Positions 9,520-18,498 of a stretch of 64,000 bases of DNA are shown here, piece by piece. Under the pieces are notes generated by a model. That model did not search any database and was not told the DNA's origin. It worked only from the letters and a program-made list of their open reading frames with translations. The stretch's first letter is position 1. Every line of letters begins with the position of its first letter. This DNA is from Armatimonadota bacterium. Its GTDB lineage: Bacteria > Armatimonadota > SYMT01. The stretch lies in contig JAWLHY010000002.1 of assembly GCA_041690135.1 (NCBI GenBank), positions 816,342-880,341 on the forward strand. The letters are read 5' to 3'. Position numbers and translations under genes: made by a program.

Positions 9520-9665
9520 AAGGGGCTGGGGGAAGTATCTGAACAGCTTTCGATCACTCACCACGAGCCTGCATCTCCGTGCAGGTCAGCGTAACTTGCC
9601 GGAGTGACGGCGCCGGGTACCCGCACGCGGGTGTCGGCCTCCCTCTGGGAAACCGTACCTGCTCA
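9520..9665 (+). repeat. Dispersed repeat family B, copy 1 (about 145 bp)
   Basis: Colinear with 59301-59445: GATCACTC..CAC.AGCCTG...CAGGTCAGCG..CTTGCCG.AGTG.CGGCGCCGGGTACCCGC..GCGGGTGTCGGCCT...CTGGGAAA..GTACCTGC.CA. Confidence 0.75.
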
Positions 9666-9844
9666 GTTTCTCGCCCCAACCCCTTAGCTGCCTTTCATGG
9701 TGTGGTTGTAGGAGGGTTGCCGCACGCTGCCAACGAGATTTTGGGCCGCGGCCATTCTGCATCAGCACGGTCGCCAGAGTAGCCTATCCTGAAGGAGTAT
9801 TCGTCTGTTATGCTTTATGGCACTGTGGGAGTGGAGGTTGGAGC

Positions 9845-10048
9845 ATGTCACTGGCGGAGTTGATGCCGATAGTGCAGTCCCTTTCGCGTGGCGAGAAGTA
9901 CCGGTTGGTGCAGGAGTTGCTGGCAGAGTTGGCGCAGGAGGAGGGTCTTGCCGCAGGAGAATACGCGGTGTGGTCTCCCTACGAAGCACACGAGGCTGCC
10001 GCCACGCTGCTGCAGTTGTTGGAACAGGATAAGGCGGAAGCCGCATGA
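9845..10048 (+). CDS. Small antitoxin-like protein
   Basis: 67 aa, L...EKY.LVQ.LL.EL...Y.VWSPY.A.EAA..LL.LL; family usually found directly upstream of retropepsin-like genes; GGAG RBS. Confidence 0.65.
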   Translation: MSLAELMPIVQSLSRGEKYRLVQELLAELAQEEGLAAGEYAVWSPYEAHEAAATLLQLLEQDKAEAA

Positions 10049-10419
10049 ACGGTTCTCACCGTTTCCCCTTCGTGGACGCGGAACCGACGCAACCGGGCGC
10101 CAGTCTCTTGCCACTGCTGCCGCTGACTCTTGGATACAGGAGCAACGGTAAACGTGCTGCCCTATTCTATCGGTGTGCAGTTGGGGTTGGTGTGGACGCA
10201 ACAGCGGACCGCGGTGGTGCTGTCGGGAAATCTAGCACTTGTGCCCGCACGGGGGATTGTGCTGACAGGGGTAGTGGGCGACTTTGCGCCCGTGCGCCTC
10301 GCCTTCGCCTGGACCCAGACCGACAACGTTAGGCTGCTTCTCGGCCAGGCTAACTTTTTATGGAGTTCGACGTCTGCTTCTATCGTTCTCGGCAGATTTT
10401 CGAGGTGCGGGCCAAGTAA
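10045..10419 (+). pseudogene. Retropepsin-like (clan AA) aspartic protease, frameshifted
   Basis: Three frames join into MNGSHRFPF...LPLLPLTL / DTGATVNVLP...LLLGQANF / MEFDVCFYRSRQIFEVRAK*. Breaks near 10130 and at the T5 tract near 10345-10349. Confidence 0.75.
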
Positions 10420-10434
10420 CGGCAGGTGAGCTGG

Positions 10435-10893
10435 ATGCCCCACTACTGCTGGTGCTGCGGCGTTTCGCGCCGCAACGAGGCCTTTTCCGGCCGCGGCCAT
10501 CGCGATCACGTCTGCCGGAAATGCCAGAGCCTTCCCTCCGAGGAACGGGCGCGGCGGCGAGCCCTGTGTGACATGGAGCGAATGCTCCACCAGTCGCGGA
10601 TCTCCGAAAAGAACGTAGCTTACCTGCGCGGGCTCGCCGCTTCCCCTTCTCCGGATGTTGCCGAGTGGGCAGCCGTGTTGCTGGAGATCGCCCGCATCCA
10701 TCCCTATCGCCGTCGCCGGTACGCGGCGCTTCGGCGCCATCGCAGGCTGTGGGCGCGCATGGCACGCCTCGGGATCGTGGCGGACTACGGCTCGGGAGAA
10801 CCGGAGCCACACGAAGCCGGGATAGACGAAGTCGAGCCAGACGAAGTCATAGTGGACGAAGTCATGATTGACGAATGCTATTGGGACGACTAA
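10435..10893 (+). CDS. Conserved hypothetical Zn-finger protein
   Basis: HYCWCCG..R.NEAFSGRGH..HVCRKC, QSRISEKN; acidic tail. Confidence 0.65.
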   Translation: MPHYCWCCGVSRRNEAFSGRGHRDHVCRKCQSLPSEERARRRALCDMERMLHQSRISEKNVAYLRGLAASPSPDVAEWAAVLLEIARIHPYRRRRYAALRRHRRLWARMARLGIVADYGSGEPEPHEAGIDEVEPDEVIVDEVMIDECYWDD

Positions 10894-11010
10894 AGGAATC
10901 GTCAATGAATAACCGCTAAATCGTTCCCAGCCGACGGAGGTCGGCTTCGCCGTGTGTAGCCGCGAGTTCACTCGCCCAACTGAAGCGGTTATTGTTTGGC
11001 AGTCCCTTAG
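10890..11010 (+). mobile_element. Repeat family A, best copy: MITE-like element with imperfect terminal inverted repeats
   Basis: Perfect IR AATAACCGCT (10908-17) / AGCGGTTATT (10984-93), extending imperfectly to CTAAAGG...CCCTTAG. Internal hairpins AGCCGAC-GGAG-GTCGGCT and GCGAGT-TC-ACTCGC. Confidence 0.65.
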
Positions 11011-11049
11011 TAGATTCACTATCAACAGCCGGAAGGCCGCGTCGCCCGG

Positions 11050-11505
11050 TCAGCGGCTGAGGGACGTGCTGCCGTCTCGGGCCACGTACAGGGTCTTCGC
11101 TCCCGCATGGAGTGGGTAGGCGGCATCCGCGAACTTCACCTTGCCGCCGTTATCGATGATCTGGAATTCCTGACCGTTGAGTGAGAGGTTGGCCACTCCC
11201 TCGGAGTAACGGTTGGAAAGGCGGATGTCGTCGAAAGCCGCGGGCGTGTCGCCCTCGGGGGGAGCGGCTTTCCGGCCCCGGACCTGCATAAGACAACTGC
11301 CCAGGACCGGCGCGTCCGGTCCCTGGCTCAGGAGACCCTCGAACACCATGGTGACGCCGCCGACCCGCAGGACCGGACGGCCCCCCCTGCGCCCGACGGC
11401 GACCTCCGCCGAGTCTCGCTTCGACGGACCGCGAGCCCCGCCGCAGCCGCTGCTGAAGGACACCAGCACAAGCAGAACACAGGCTGTCAGGATAACACGC
11501 ATCAC
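11050..11505 (-). CDS. Putative lipoprotein
   Basis: Hydrophobic signal ending in FSSGC lipobox-like motif; beta-rich body. Confidence 0.65.
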   Translation of the reverse strand: MMRVILTACVLLVLVSFSSGCGGARGPSKRDSAEVAVGRRGGRPVLRVGGVTMVFEGLLSQGPDAPVLGSCLMQVRGRKAAPPEGDTPAAFDDIRLSNRYSEGVANLSLNGQEFQIIDNGGKVKFADAAYPLHAGAKTLYVARDGSTSLSR

Positions 11506-11658
11506 ACACCTCGCCGGCAGCTACGCGGCTGCCTCGCGACGCCGGTCAATAAATGGGCTCTAGTGGAGATGAATAGGATTGCGTGTAAATGCCTGTTCTC
11601 TGTCTGGTAGGTTCCTGTCCTTCCCACCGGAATCGGGAAGGAACGGGAACGTTAAGGG

Positions 11659-12150
11659 ATGCCTGGAGGAATGTCGGCGGCGCGTGTCGGACTGGCGCCT
11701 GTGAAAACCTACCGACGCGTTCTGTTTATCTGTACCGGCAATTACTACCGCAGCCGCTTCGCGGAGGCGGTGTTCAACCATCACGCGGAAACCACTGCCT
11801 GCGGCTGGCGGGCCCTCTCCCGCGGGCTGGCAACCCACATGGCGGAAGGCGACCTCTCGCCCTACTCCGCCCAGGCCCTGGAAGAGCGGGGAATCGAGCT
11901 GCGGCACACGGGGCCGACCCGCGTCTCCCTCTGCGAGGACGACCTCCACGCCGCCGACCTAATCGTTGCGCTCGACGAGACGGAACACCGCCCGATGGTG
12001 ACCACGCGCTTTCCGCACTGGGAAGACCGCTTCCGCTTCTGGGCCGTGGCCGATGCCCCCCTCACGGCCCCGGAAGACGCCCTCCCCGCCATCGAACGCC
12101 TGGTCCTCGAACTCTTGCAGGAGTTGGAACGGGAAGGGCCTCTTGAATGA
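11659..12150 (+). CDS. Low molecular weight protein-tyrosine phosphatase family protein
   Basis: VLFICTGNYYRS P-loop, SRGL, ADLIVALD. Confidence 0.9.
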   Translation: MPGGMSAARVGLAPVKTYRRVLFICTGNYYRSRFAEAVFNHHAETTACGWRALSRGLATHMAEGDLSPYSAQALEERGIELRHTGPTRVSLCEDDLHAADLIVALDETEHRPMVTTRFPHWEDRFRFWAVADAPLTAPEDALPAIERLVLELLQELEREGPLE

Positions 12151-12181
12151 TCGCTCTACCCCGGCCAAGAACTACAGCGAA

Positions 12182-12874
12182 TCAATAAAAGGGTTCCATA
12201 GGATAATCGGGGAGAGCGGCTACGGCTTCCTTAGCCTCTTGGAGAGAGAAAGCTCCCGACACGTACCGTTCCCACACCTGAAGGTGTAACCGGGCGTGGG
12301 CGGCGTGCTGTTCTCCTCTTCGTCCCGCCGCAAGCTCCTGAAGCCAACCGATATTTGCCTGGGAAGACAAATCCTCCTGCCGCCGCAGGCTCTCGGTGTA
12401 GGGGACACCGAGTATGCCGCACAGCCACTCGGTAGGCATGGGTGCGCACCGGCCCTGGATGGTCAGGAAGACGTAGTCACGATTGATGGGATCGAACACG
12501 GGATCGCGGTCGAAACCCGGATGCCGAATGACCCAGCCCTTACCGCCACAAGGGTTGTGGACCACTCCCGACACATAATCCAGTTTCCGGATCGTGGCGT
12601 TCAGGAACTGCTCCAGGTTGTAGACCTCGGGCGCGGAGATGATCTGCAGGCGCGCTCCGACCTCTTCCAGGTTGGCTCCCAGCGCAGCAACACGGAATGC
12701 TCCGCAGTACACCCCCAGGATGATGGGTATGGGCCGGGCCAGGATCTCCCGCGCGGCCGGGATGGACAGGTCGGGGAGGGCCTTGCGCAGTGCCGCCATC
12801 AGCGCGACCCGGCGCAGCCCGGCATCGACAATCCAGACCTCGTAATCCTGTTCGAGGAACTCCAACCCTACCAT
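12182..12874 (-). CDS. Hypothetical protein with N-terminal L7/L12-CTD-like domain
   Basis: YEVWIVDAG.RRVALMAALR....LS...AREIL...P......A.....LEEVGA. Confidence 0.55.
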   Translation of the reverse strand: MVGLEFLEQDYEVWIVDAGLRRVALMAALRKALPDLSIPAAREILARPIPIILGVYCGAFRVAALGANLEEVGARLQIISAPEVYNLEQFLNATIRKLDYVSGVVHNPCGGKGWVIRHPGFDRDPVFDPINRDYVFLTIQGRCAPMPTEWLCGILGVPYTESLRRQEDLSSQANIGWLQELAAGRRGEQHAAHARLHLQVWERYVSGAFSLQEAKEAVAALPDYPMEPFY

Positions 12875-13016
12875 TTCAATCCGTAGCCGTTCGTCGTAGC
12901 GGGCCTGGCCTCGCGTGCTCGCGACCTGACAGACGGCTCCTGTTCGGTGGTGAACCTCATCTTTGCGGTCGCGTTCCCCAGGACACGCGTACCGGCTCTA
13001 TCGTCGCGAATACGGA

Positions 13017-13040
13017 CAGCGCTAAAGCGCTTAACTACCA
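13017..13040 (-). repeat. GTAG-type REP-like palindrome
   Basis: Minus strand reads GTAGTTAAGCGCTTTAGCGCT. Confidence 0.45.
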
Positions 13041-13195
13041 GCCGGGGGGGGCATTCGCCCACCCCCGTACCGCCGGCCGCCGGAGTTCGCCACGACCGTC
13101 AATCTCCAGAACGGTCCGGCTGTCCCCTCCTTTGCGTCCTTTGCGCTCTCCGCGACCTTCGCGTTGCAGCGGCCGAGGGTAGTGCGCGGACCACA

Positions 13196-14404
13196 TCACC
13201 CCAACGCGTACCCGAAATCCAGTTCCGGGGTCTCTAACTTCTTCCCCTGGTGGAACCGGGACTGCATCGCCCGGTCGAGAATGCCGGTGGTGAGGAGGGT
13301 GCGCTCGACCGGGTAGGTCGGTTTGCCGGACAGCATCATCTTCTCCACCGCCTGGCAGAGGCGACCGAAGTGCCCAAAGGGGCGGCCGTCCTGCAGCCGG
13401 AAGAGGGTGGCCGCCGGGATCTCCCGGCTCTTCAGCTTCGCGGCGAACAGGAACTCGTCCGCGAGACCGTGGGGCATGATCATCGTGCCTCGCAAGCCGT
13501 CGCGGTACTCCACCAGGAACGCCTCGGGTTTGCGTGTTCGCTCCCGTACCTGCTGTTCCGTCAGGTGGTGGCGCTTCGGATCGTCGGAGCAGTTGAGCGC
13601 CGCTAGCAGGAGTTCCCAGCTCCAGAGGCCCTGGTCCGCCGCTTTCCACACGTCGTCTTCACCCAGGTACCGCACGCTGCGGACGCCGGTCTCGCCGCCC
13701 TTCCGGCGCTCTACCATACATTGGAGCCCCTCCAGCGCGTGGAAGCCGTAGGCCTCCGTGCCGCCGTACCCCACGGACAGGGCTTCGGTAAACTCCGTCC
13801 CGATCTCGAACTGGAGCTCCGGCTTGCGCCACGATACCGGGACGGAAGAGCCCGCCATGAACGGGATCCGGAGCTCCCGCGCGGTGTCGTACATCCATCT
13901 GGCGTCCGCCCAGTTGTAGGAGAGATGCTTGTCGTTGAAGACCGGCACCACCCGCCCGGACTTCCGGAAGACCGCCACCGTTTCCTCGAAGAAGCGGCGC
14001 CGGGGGTACATGAGCTGGTCCAGCTCGTTGTATGGGTAGTGGCCGTGCTCACCGATCAGGAACACGCCGTCTACCGCCAGTTTCTCGCCTCCCAGGGTCA
14101 GCGCTTCGGCGATGGTGGGGAAGATGGGGATGTGGTGCTTGGCGGCCGTTTCCCGCCCGATGTCCTGGGGCGGCACCTGGTCCATATAGAGGGAAGCGAC
14201 CTCGACTGCCGGCTGGTAGTCGAGGTCGAGCGTCTTGCAGCCCTCCAGGAGCTTGGTCACGATGACGTCCGCGTGGGAGTTGACGCGGTATTCCGTAACG
14301 ATGGCGGCAACCTTTGGCTTCATTCTGGCTCCGGATCGCAGGGGAGCGGCGCAGGCGAGCGCCAGGCCGCCTCCCACACGCAGCAAATCGCGCCGGGACG
14401 TCAA
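13196..14404 (-). CDS. Tat-exported conserved oxidoreductase-like protein (Gfo/Idh/MocA-related)
   Basis: SRRDLL signal; AAIVTEYR.NSHADVI, LIGEHG.YP, PVFNDKHL, AGSS.P, YGFHALE, PTYPVERTLLT. Confidence 0.75.
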   Translation of the reverse strand: MTSRRDLLRVGGGLALACAAPLRSGARMKPKVAAIVTEYRVNSHADVIVTKLLEGCKTLDLDYQPAVEVASLYMDQVPPQDIGRETAAKHHIPIFPTIAEALTLGGEKLAVDGVFLIGEHGHYPYNELDQLMYPRRRFFEETVAVFRKSGRVVPVFNDKHLSYNWADARWMYDTARELRIPFMAGSSVPVSWRKPELQFEIGTEFTEALSVGYGGTEAYGFHALEGLQCMVERRKGGETGVRSVRYLGEDDVWKAADQGLWSWELLLAALNCSDDPKRHHLTEQQVRERTRKPEAFLVEYRDGLRGTMIMPHGLADEFLFAAKLKSREIPAATLFRLQDGRPFGHFGRLCQAVEKMMLSGKPTYPVERTLLTTGILDRAMQSRFHQGKKLETPELDFGYALG

Positions 14405-16149
14405 CGCCCCATTCCTCCCATGGCTCCCGCCAGGCCACCCAGGATCGCGACGCCCAGAGCCAGGACGATCACGACGAAGATAACGATGGAGGCGACCCCC
14501 GACAGGACCGCGACCCCCGCCGCTTTGCCTGTGCTCAGAGAGTGGATGTTCGACACGCCGATCCCCAGCAGCACGAAGTAGTAGATCAGGCCCACGACCG
14601 AGAGGGCATTGCTGATGGGATGCTGCTGGGCAAAGGGTGAAGCCCCCGGCGTGAGGCCTGGGAATCGCCGGCTTTGCGGAAACTGGCCCGTTCCCGGACT
14701 TCCGGGGAACCCGGGCGCCTGCCCGGGCCGGCCGGGGAAGTTCGGGCTGGGGAAGTTCTGTGCGAGGACGATCTGCCCCGCGGAGCTGCGGATGGCGGGC
14801 CTGCCTCCCGGAAGCCCACCCGGCGTCGGGCGCAGGCTGGGGCCCGCGGTGGCCAGGGTAATTATGGCGCTAAGCGAGCCAATGATAGGGAGGGGCGCCA
14901 GTGCGTAGCTAGCGGCGCGGAAAGTGCCGCTGTAGCCGGCAACACCGCCGAACATTTTGCAGAACAGGTGCACAATGCCCGCCCACACGAACATGCTGGC
15001 GACCAGCAAGAGCCAGTAGAGCACGGACCCGCAACCCAGGCCCACGAACATCCCTATGATCATCCCCACTCCTCTTGCCGCGGAATTTCCGGCCCCGCCC
15101 ATGGCGGAGTTGATCGAGGAGAGGGTGAAGATCGACACCGGGATCATCACCAGCAGGAAGAAAATGAAGACATAGGTGAGCAGGAAGGAGATCGGGGCGG
15201 ACAGCCCCTCGCGTCCCTGCTGCTCCTGGAAAAAGGAGCTCGGTGACGTAAGCGCGTGCCACCAGTCGCGGGCGCCTTGCACGGGGCTGAACCCGTCCTC
15301 AGGTGGCGCGGCATACCCTACTCCGCCGGTGAAGGCCGTGCCCTGACCATAACCCGCGGCGGTTACCGGATCGGCGCTTGCGGAGCGCACCGGCGGCGCC
15401 AGCGGCGCGGAGCACCACTCACAGGTCATTCCCAGCCGCGAAAACTGGCTGCAGCGGGGGCACTGCGTCGTGCCCGGAGGTCCCTGCGGCGCGTTGAGGC
15501 CGCCACCCATCTGGGGCGGTCCTCCGTGCATTCCGGGAGCAGGCCCGCCCATCGGCGGTCCGCCCATCGGCGGCATTCCCGGCGGCGGTCCGCCCATGGG
15601 CCCGGACCCGGGTCCGGGAGGCGCATGCGGGCCGGGCGGCGGGGCGCCGTAACTGGGGGGAGCTCCGTAGCTTGGGGGGGCGGCGGGAGGCGGGGCGCCG
15701 TAACTGGGCGGAGCACCTCCCGGCGGGTTGGAGTAGGAAGGCGGGGCCGCGCCTCCCAGGTTGCTGGGGGGTGCATTGGCCAGCAACTGGTGCGCGTTCG
15801 GAATCGCCTGGAGCTTGGCGCGCGCCTGGGCGTGATCCTTGTTGAGGGTCAGCGTGTCCCGGTAGGCGGCGGCTGCCCCCGCCGTATCGCCGCTACGCTC
15901 CAGTACGACACCAAGGTTGTAACGGTAATTCGGGTTCTGCGGCTGTAGCTCCACGGCGGTCCGCAGGGCGCGGACGGCCTGGGCGTGGATGCCCTTCTGG
16001 CTGTAGACGATGCCCAGCAGGGCCTTCGCCTCCGCGTCACTGTCGTCCGCCATCACGGCGCGCGCGAGAAGATCGATCGCCTTATCCAGGTTGCCTTCCC
16101 GCAGCGCCTGGACTCCCTGCTCGCGAATGGAAGGAGTGGGAGCACTCAT
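14401..16149 (-). CDS. TPR - Pro/Gly-rich linker - Zn ribbon - Yip1 membrane protein
   Basis: Start MSAPTP (ATG 16149, GGAGG RBS); TPRs; GPPxG low complexity; CPRC..CEWC; SPSSFF then multiple TM helices with HLFCKMFGG...Y.GTFRA..Y (Yip1). Confidence 0.75.
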   Translation of the reverse strand: MSAPTPSIREQGVQALREGNLDKAIDLLARAVMADDSDAEAKALLGIVYSQKGIHAQAVRALRTAVELQPQNPNYRYNLGVVLERSGDTAGAAAAYRDTLTLNKDHAQARAKLQAIPNAHQLLANAPPSNLGGAAPPSYSNPPGGAPPSYGAPPPAAPPSYGAPPSYGAPPPGPHAPPGPGSGPMGGPPPGMPPMGGPPMGGPAPGMHGGPPQMGGGLNAPQGPPGTTQCPRCSQFSRLGMTCEWCSAPLAPPVRSASADPVTAAGYGQGTAFTGGVGYAAPPEDGFSPVQGARDWWHALTSPSSFFQEQQGREGLSAPISFLLTYVFIFFLLVMIPVSIFTLSSINSAMGGAGNSAARGVGMIIGMFVGLGCGSVLYWLLLVASMFVWAGIVHLFCKMFGGVAGYSGTFRAASYALAPLPIIGSLSAIITLATAGPSLRPTPGGLPGGRPAIRSSAGQIVLAQNFPSPNFPGRPGQAPGFPGSPGTGQFPQSRRFPGLTPGASPFAQQHPISNALSVVGLIYYFVLLGIGVSNIHSLSTGKAAGVAVLSGVASIVIFVVIVLALGVAILGGLAGAMGGMGR

Positions 16150-16371
16150 CGAATCGCCTCCAGACCCGCAGTCACTCGGAGCCGGAGTAGAAACGCAAAG
16201 AACCCTCCGAGGATGCTGCCATGTCCAGGTATTAAGCGAATCTAATGGTGATTCCTGCCGGGTGACCGGAACCGGCAGGTGGCTCCTCGGCTTGAGCACG
16301 AACCTATCGAGTGCGTGCGGCACGCGAGCCGTGTCCCGCTCACCCTTCTCCAACCCAAGGACCCGTCCCCG

Positions 16372-18024
16372 ATGCACACCCACTGGAAAACCGCGCTCCT
16401 CACCTTCAGCCTCTGTGCCGCCGCTCTCGGTGCCTCCGCGAACTGGCCGCAGGCCGGCGGACCGGACGGGTCCTGGCGCCTCCGGGAAGGGCGGCCGCCG
16501 GAGCGCTGGAGCGTCGCCCGCCAGGAAGGCCTCGTCTGGCGGACGCCGCTGCCGGGTGCCGGGCAGGGCGGGATCGCCGTCTGGAAGGACCGCCTGTTCC
16601 TCACCACGTTCGAAGAATACCGGGAGGGAGCGCCGAAGTTCAGCGCCGCCATCCTGGGCCACTGCCTGGATGCGAAGAGCGGCCGGGTCCTCTGGTCGGT
16701 GCCGCTCCGGGGGGAGTTCCCCAGTCCCATGCTGTACGCCTACAGCGACTCCACCTCCTGGACGCCGGTCACCGATGGGAAGCACGTGTGGTTCTTCAAT
16801 GCCAGTGGGGAGATGGGTTGCTGGGACTTCCAGGGGCGGGAAGTGTGGCGGCGGAAGTTCCTGGCGCCGGGCGAGCCGTTCAACAAGCAGCACGAGCCGA
16901 TCCTCCACGGGGACATGATCGTGACCCTGGAGCCGCTGGCGCCGCACGAGCCGGGCTACCGCGCGGATCGCGCCGCCTGGCACTACCTGCGGGGGATCGA
17001 TAAGCGCACCGGCCAGACGCGCTGGATCGCGGAAGACGCGACGACCTTCTACTGCACCTCGGTGCTGGGCCGGCTTCCGGACGGCACCCCCGGAATCCTG
17101 CATGGCCGGGGAGGCCCCCACGACGTTCCCGAGCGCCCCATCGGTCTCAGCATGACGAGCCTGGCGCCCGGTCACGAAGGGAAGACTGTGTGGCGCTACA
17201 CGCCCGGGGATCTCCCCGGCGGGCCGGTGGACGGGACCACCTTCATGGCGCTGTACACGATGACCTGGGACCCCCAGCATGCCTACTGGTTCCGGAACGC
17301 GCCCGAGGAATCCCACCTGGTGCTGGACGCGGCAACGGGCCGCCTCCAGAAGACGCAATCCCTGGTCCGGAACGTGGACTACCGGCAGTGGGACCCGGCC
17401 GCCGGCCGTCACGTGCTGCACCGGAACGTCAATATCCGCGAGGTCCGGGATCTCTCGCCGCGCGTCGGCCAGAGGCCGGGGGAGGTGCTCCACGTTTTTC
17501 CCAACTGGCACGCCAACCTGGCGGTGGACGGGCACCACTACTTCTTCACCTCCACCGGCCACCGCCGGAACGCGCACGCCCCCCGCGGACGGAGCGGCCC
17601 TTCCCACTGCATCGGGCGGGTCAACGTGGAGACCGGCAAGGTCGAGTACCTGGAAGTGCCGGTCGGGGTGGTGCGCGAGCCCGGGAAGCCGGACCGCTTC
17701 CTCTACGGGCAAGCTCTCCGCACGAAAACGGAGGATGCAAAGGGCCGGGACGTCGCCGCGGAGGACCGCTCCCGCACCGACGGCTGGCAGATTCCCGCTT
17801 TCTTCGGGAGCCCCATCGCCGTGGGCCACCGCCTCTACCTGGGCACGATGCTCGGGATCACCTACGTCATCGACACCCGCGCAAAGGTTCTCGACGAAAG
17901 GGCGCTGGTGGCGGTGAACGACCTCGGCCCCCTGAGAGAGACCTGGAGCCTCAACTCCCTCAGCTTCAGCCGGGGCCGCCTCTATCACCGCAGCTCGAAA
18001 GAGGTCGTCTGCATCGGCCGCTAA
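16372..18024 (+). CDS. Secreted PQQ-binding-like beta-propeller protein
   Basis: Signal peptide then NWPQAGGP.G, WRTPLPG.G, TPVTDG, G.EVW.R, C-terminal GRLYHRS...VVCIG. Confidence 0.82.
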   Translation: MHTHWKTALLTFSLCAAALGASANWPQAGGPDGSWRLREGRPPERWSVARQEGLVWRTPLPGAGQGGIAVWKDRLFLTTFEEYREGAPKFSAAILGHCLDAKSGRVLWSVPLRGEFPSPMLYAYSDSTSWTPVTDGKHVWFFNASGEMGCWDFQGREVWRRKFLAPGEPFNKQHEPILHGDMIVTLEPLAPHEPGYRADRAAWHYLRGIDKRTGQTRWIAEDATTFYCTSVLGRLPDGTPGILHGRGGPHDVPERPIGLSMTSLAPGHEGKTVWRYTPGDLPGGPVDGTTFMALYTMTWDPQHAYWFRNAPEESHLVLDAATGRLQKTQSLVRNVDYRQWDPAAGRHVLHRNVNIREVRDLSPRVGQRPGEVLHVFPNWHANLAVDGHHYFFTSTGHRRNAHAPRGRSGPSHCIGRVNVETGKVEYLEVPVGVVREPGKPDRFLYGQALRTKTEDAKGRDVAAEDRSRTDGWQIPAFFGSPIAVGHRLYLGTMLGITYVIDTRAKVLDERALVAVNDLGPLRETWSLNSLSFSRGRLYHRSSKEVVCIGR

Positions 18025-18114
18025 GGCAGGCGGCCGTCGAGAATTCGCAAGGGGATTCCCGCCCTTCCGGCTAATGGGAACTGGCTGTATCCGCGTAAGA
18101 AGAGAGGAAAAGCA

Positions 18115-18498
18115 ATGCGCAAATCCGTGGTGACCGACAACGCCCCCCGCCCCTCCGGCCCCTACTCGCAGGCGATCATCGCCGGTGATTTTATCTACGT
18201 GGCCGGTCAGGGCCCGACCGATCCCGCCACCGGCAAGGTCGTGCGGGACAGTATCGGCGCCGAGACACGCCAGGTGTTGAAGAACATCCAGGCGATCCTG
18301 GAGGCCGCCGGCGCCACCATGGCGGATGTGGTGAAGTGCAACGTCTACCTGGCTAACCGCTACGATTTCGCGGCGATGAACGAGGTCTACCGGGAGTTCT
18401 TCCCCACCGAGCCCCCGGCCCGCACCACGGTGGAATCCCATCCGCCGGCCGACATCCGCGTTGAAATCGATTGTGTCGCGTATCTCCCCCGTGGCTGA
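18115..18498 (+). CDS. ridA: RidA/YjgF/UK114 family imine deaminase
   Basis: APRPSGPYSQA, FAAMNEVY.EFF...PPART, VEIDCVA. Confidence 0.92.
   Translation: MRKSVVTDNAPRPSGPYSQAIIAGDFIYVAGQGPTDPATGKVVRDSIGAETRQVLKNIQAILEAAGATMADVVKCNVYLANRYDFAAMNEVYREFFPTEPPARTTVESHPPADIRVEIDCVAYLPRG

Noticed and set aside
10908-10993. Repeat family A as an integron attC site in a cassette-like region
   Set aside because: It has AAC...GTT ends but poor RYYYAAC/GTTRRRY matches, no L-box geometry, no integrase, mixed gene orientation, and copies dispersed over 37 kb.
16150-18441. 1346-aa ORF 14401..18441 (-) as a giant fusion protein
   Set aside because: The N-terminal 760 aa is the antisense shadow of the PQQ-propeller and ridA genes; the real gene starts at ATG 16149 with its own RBS.
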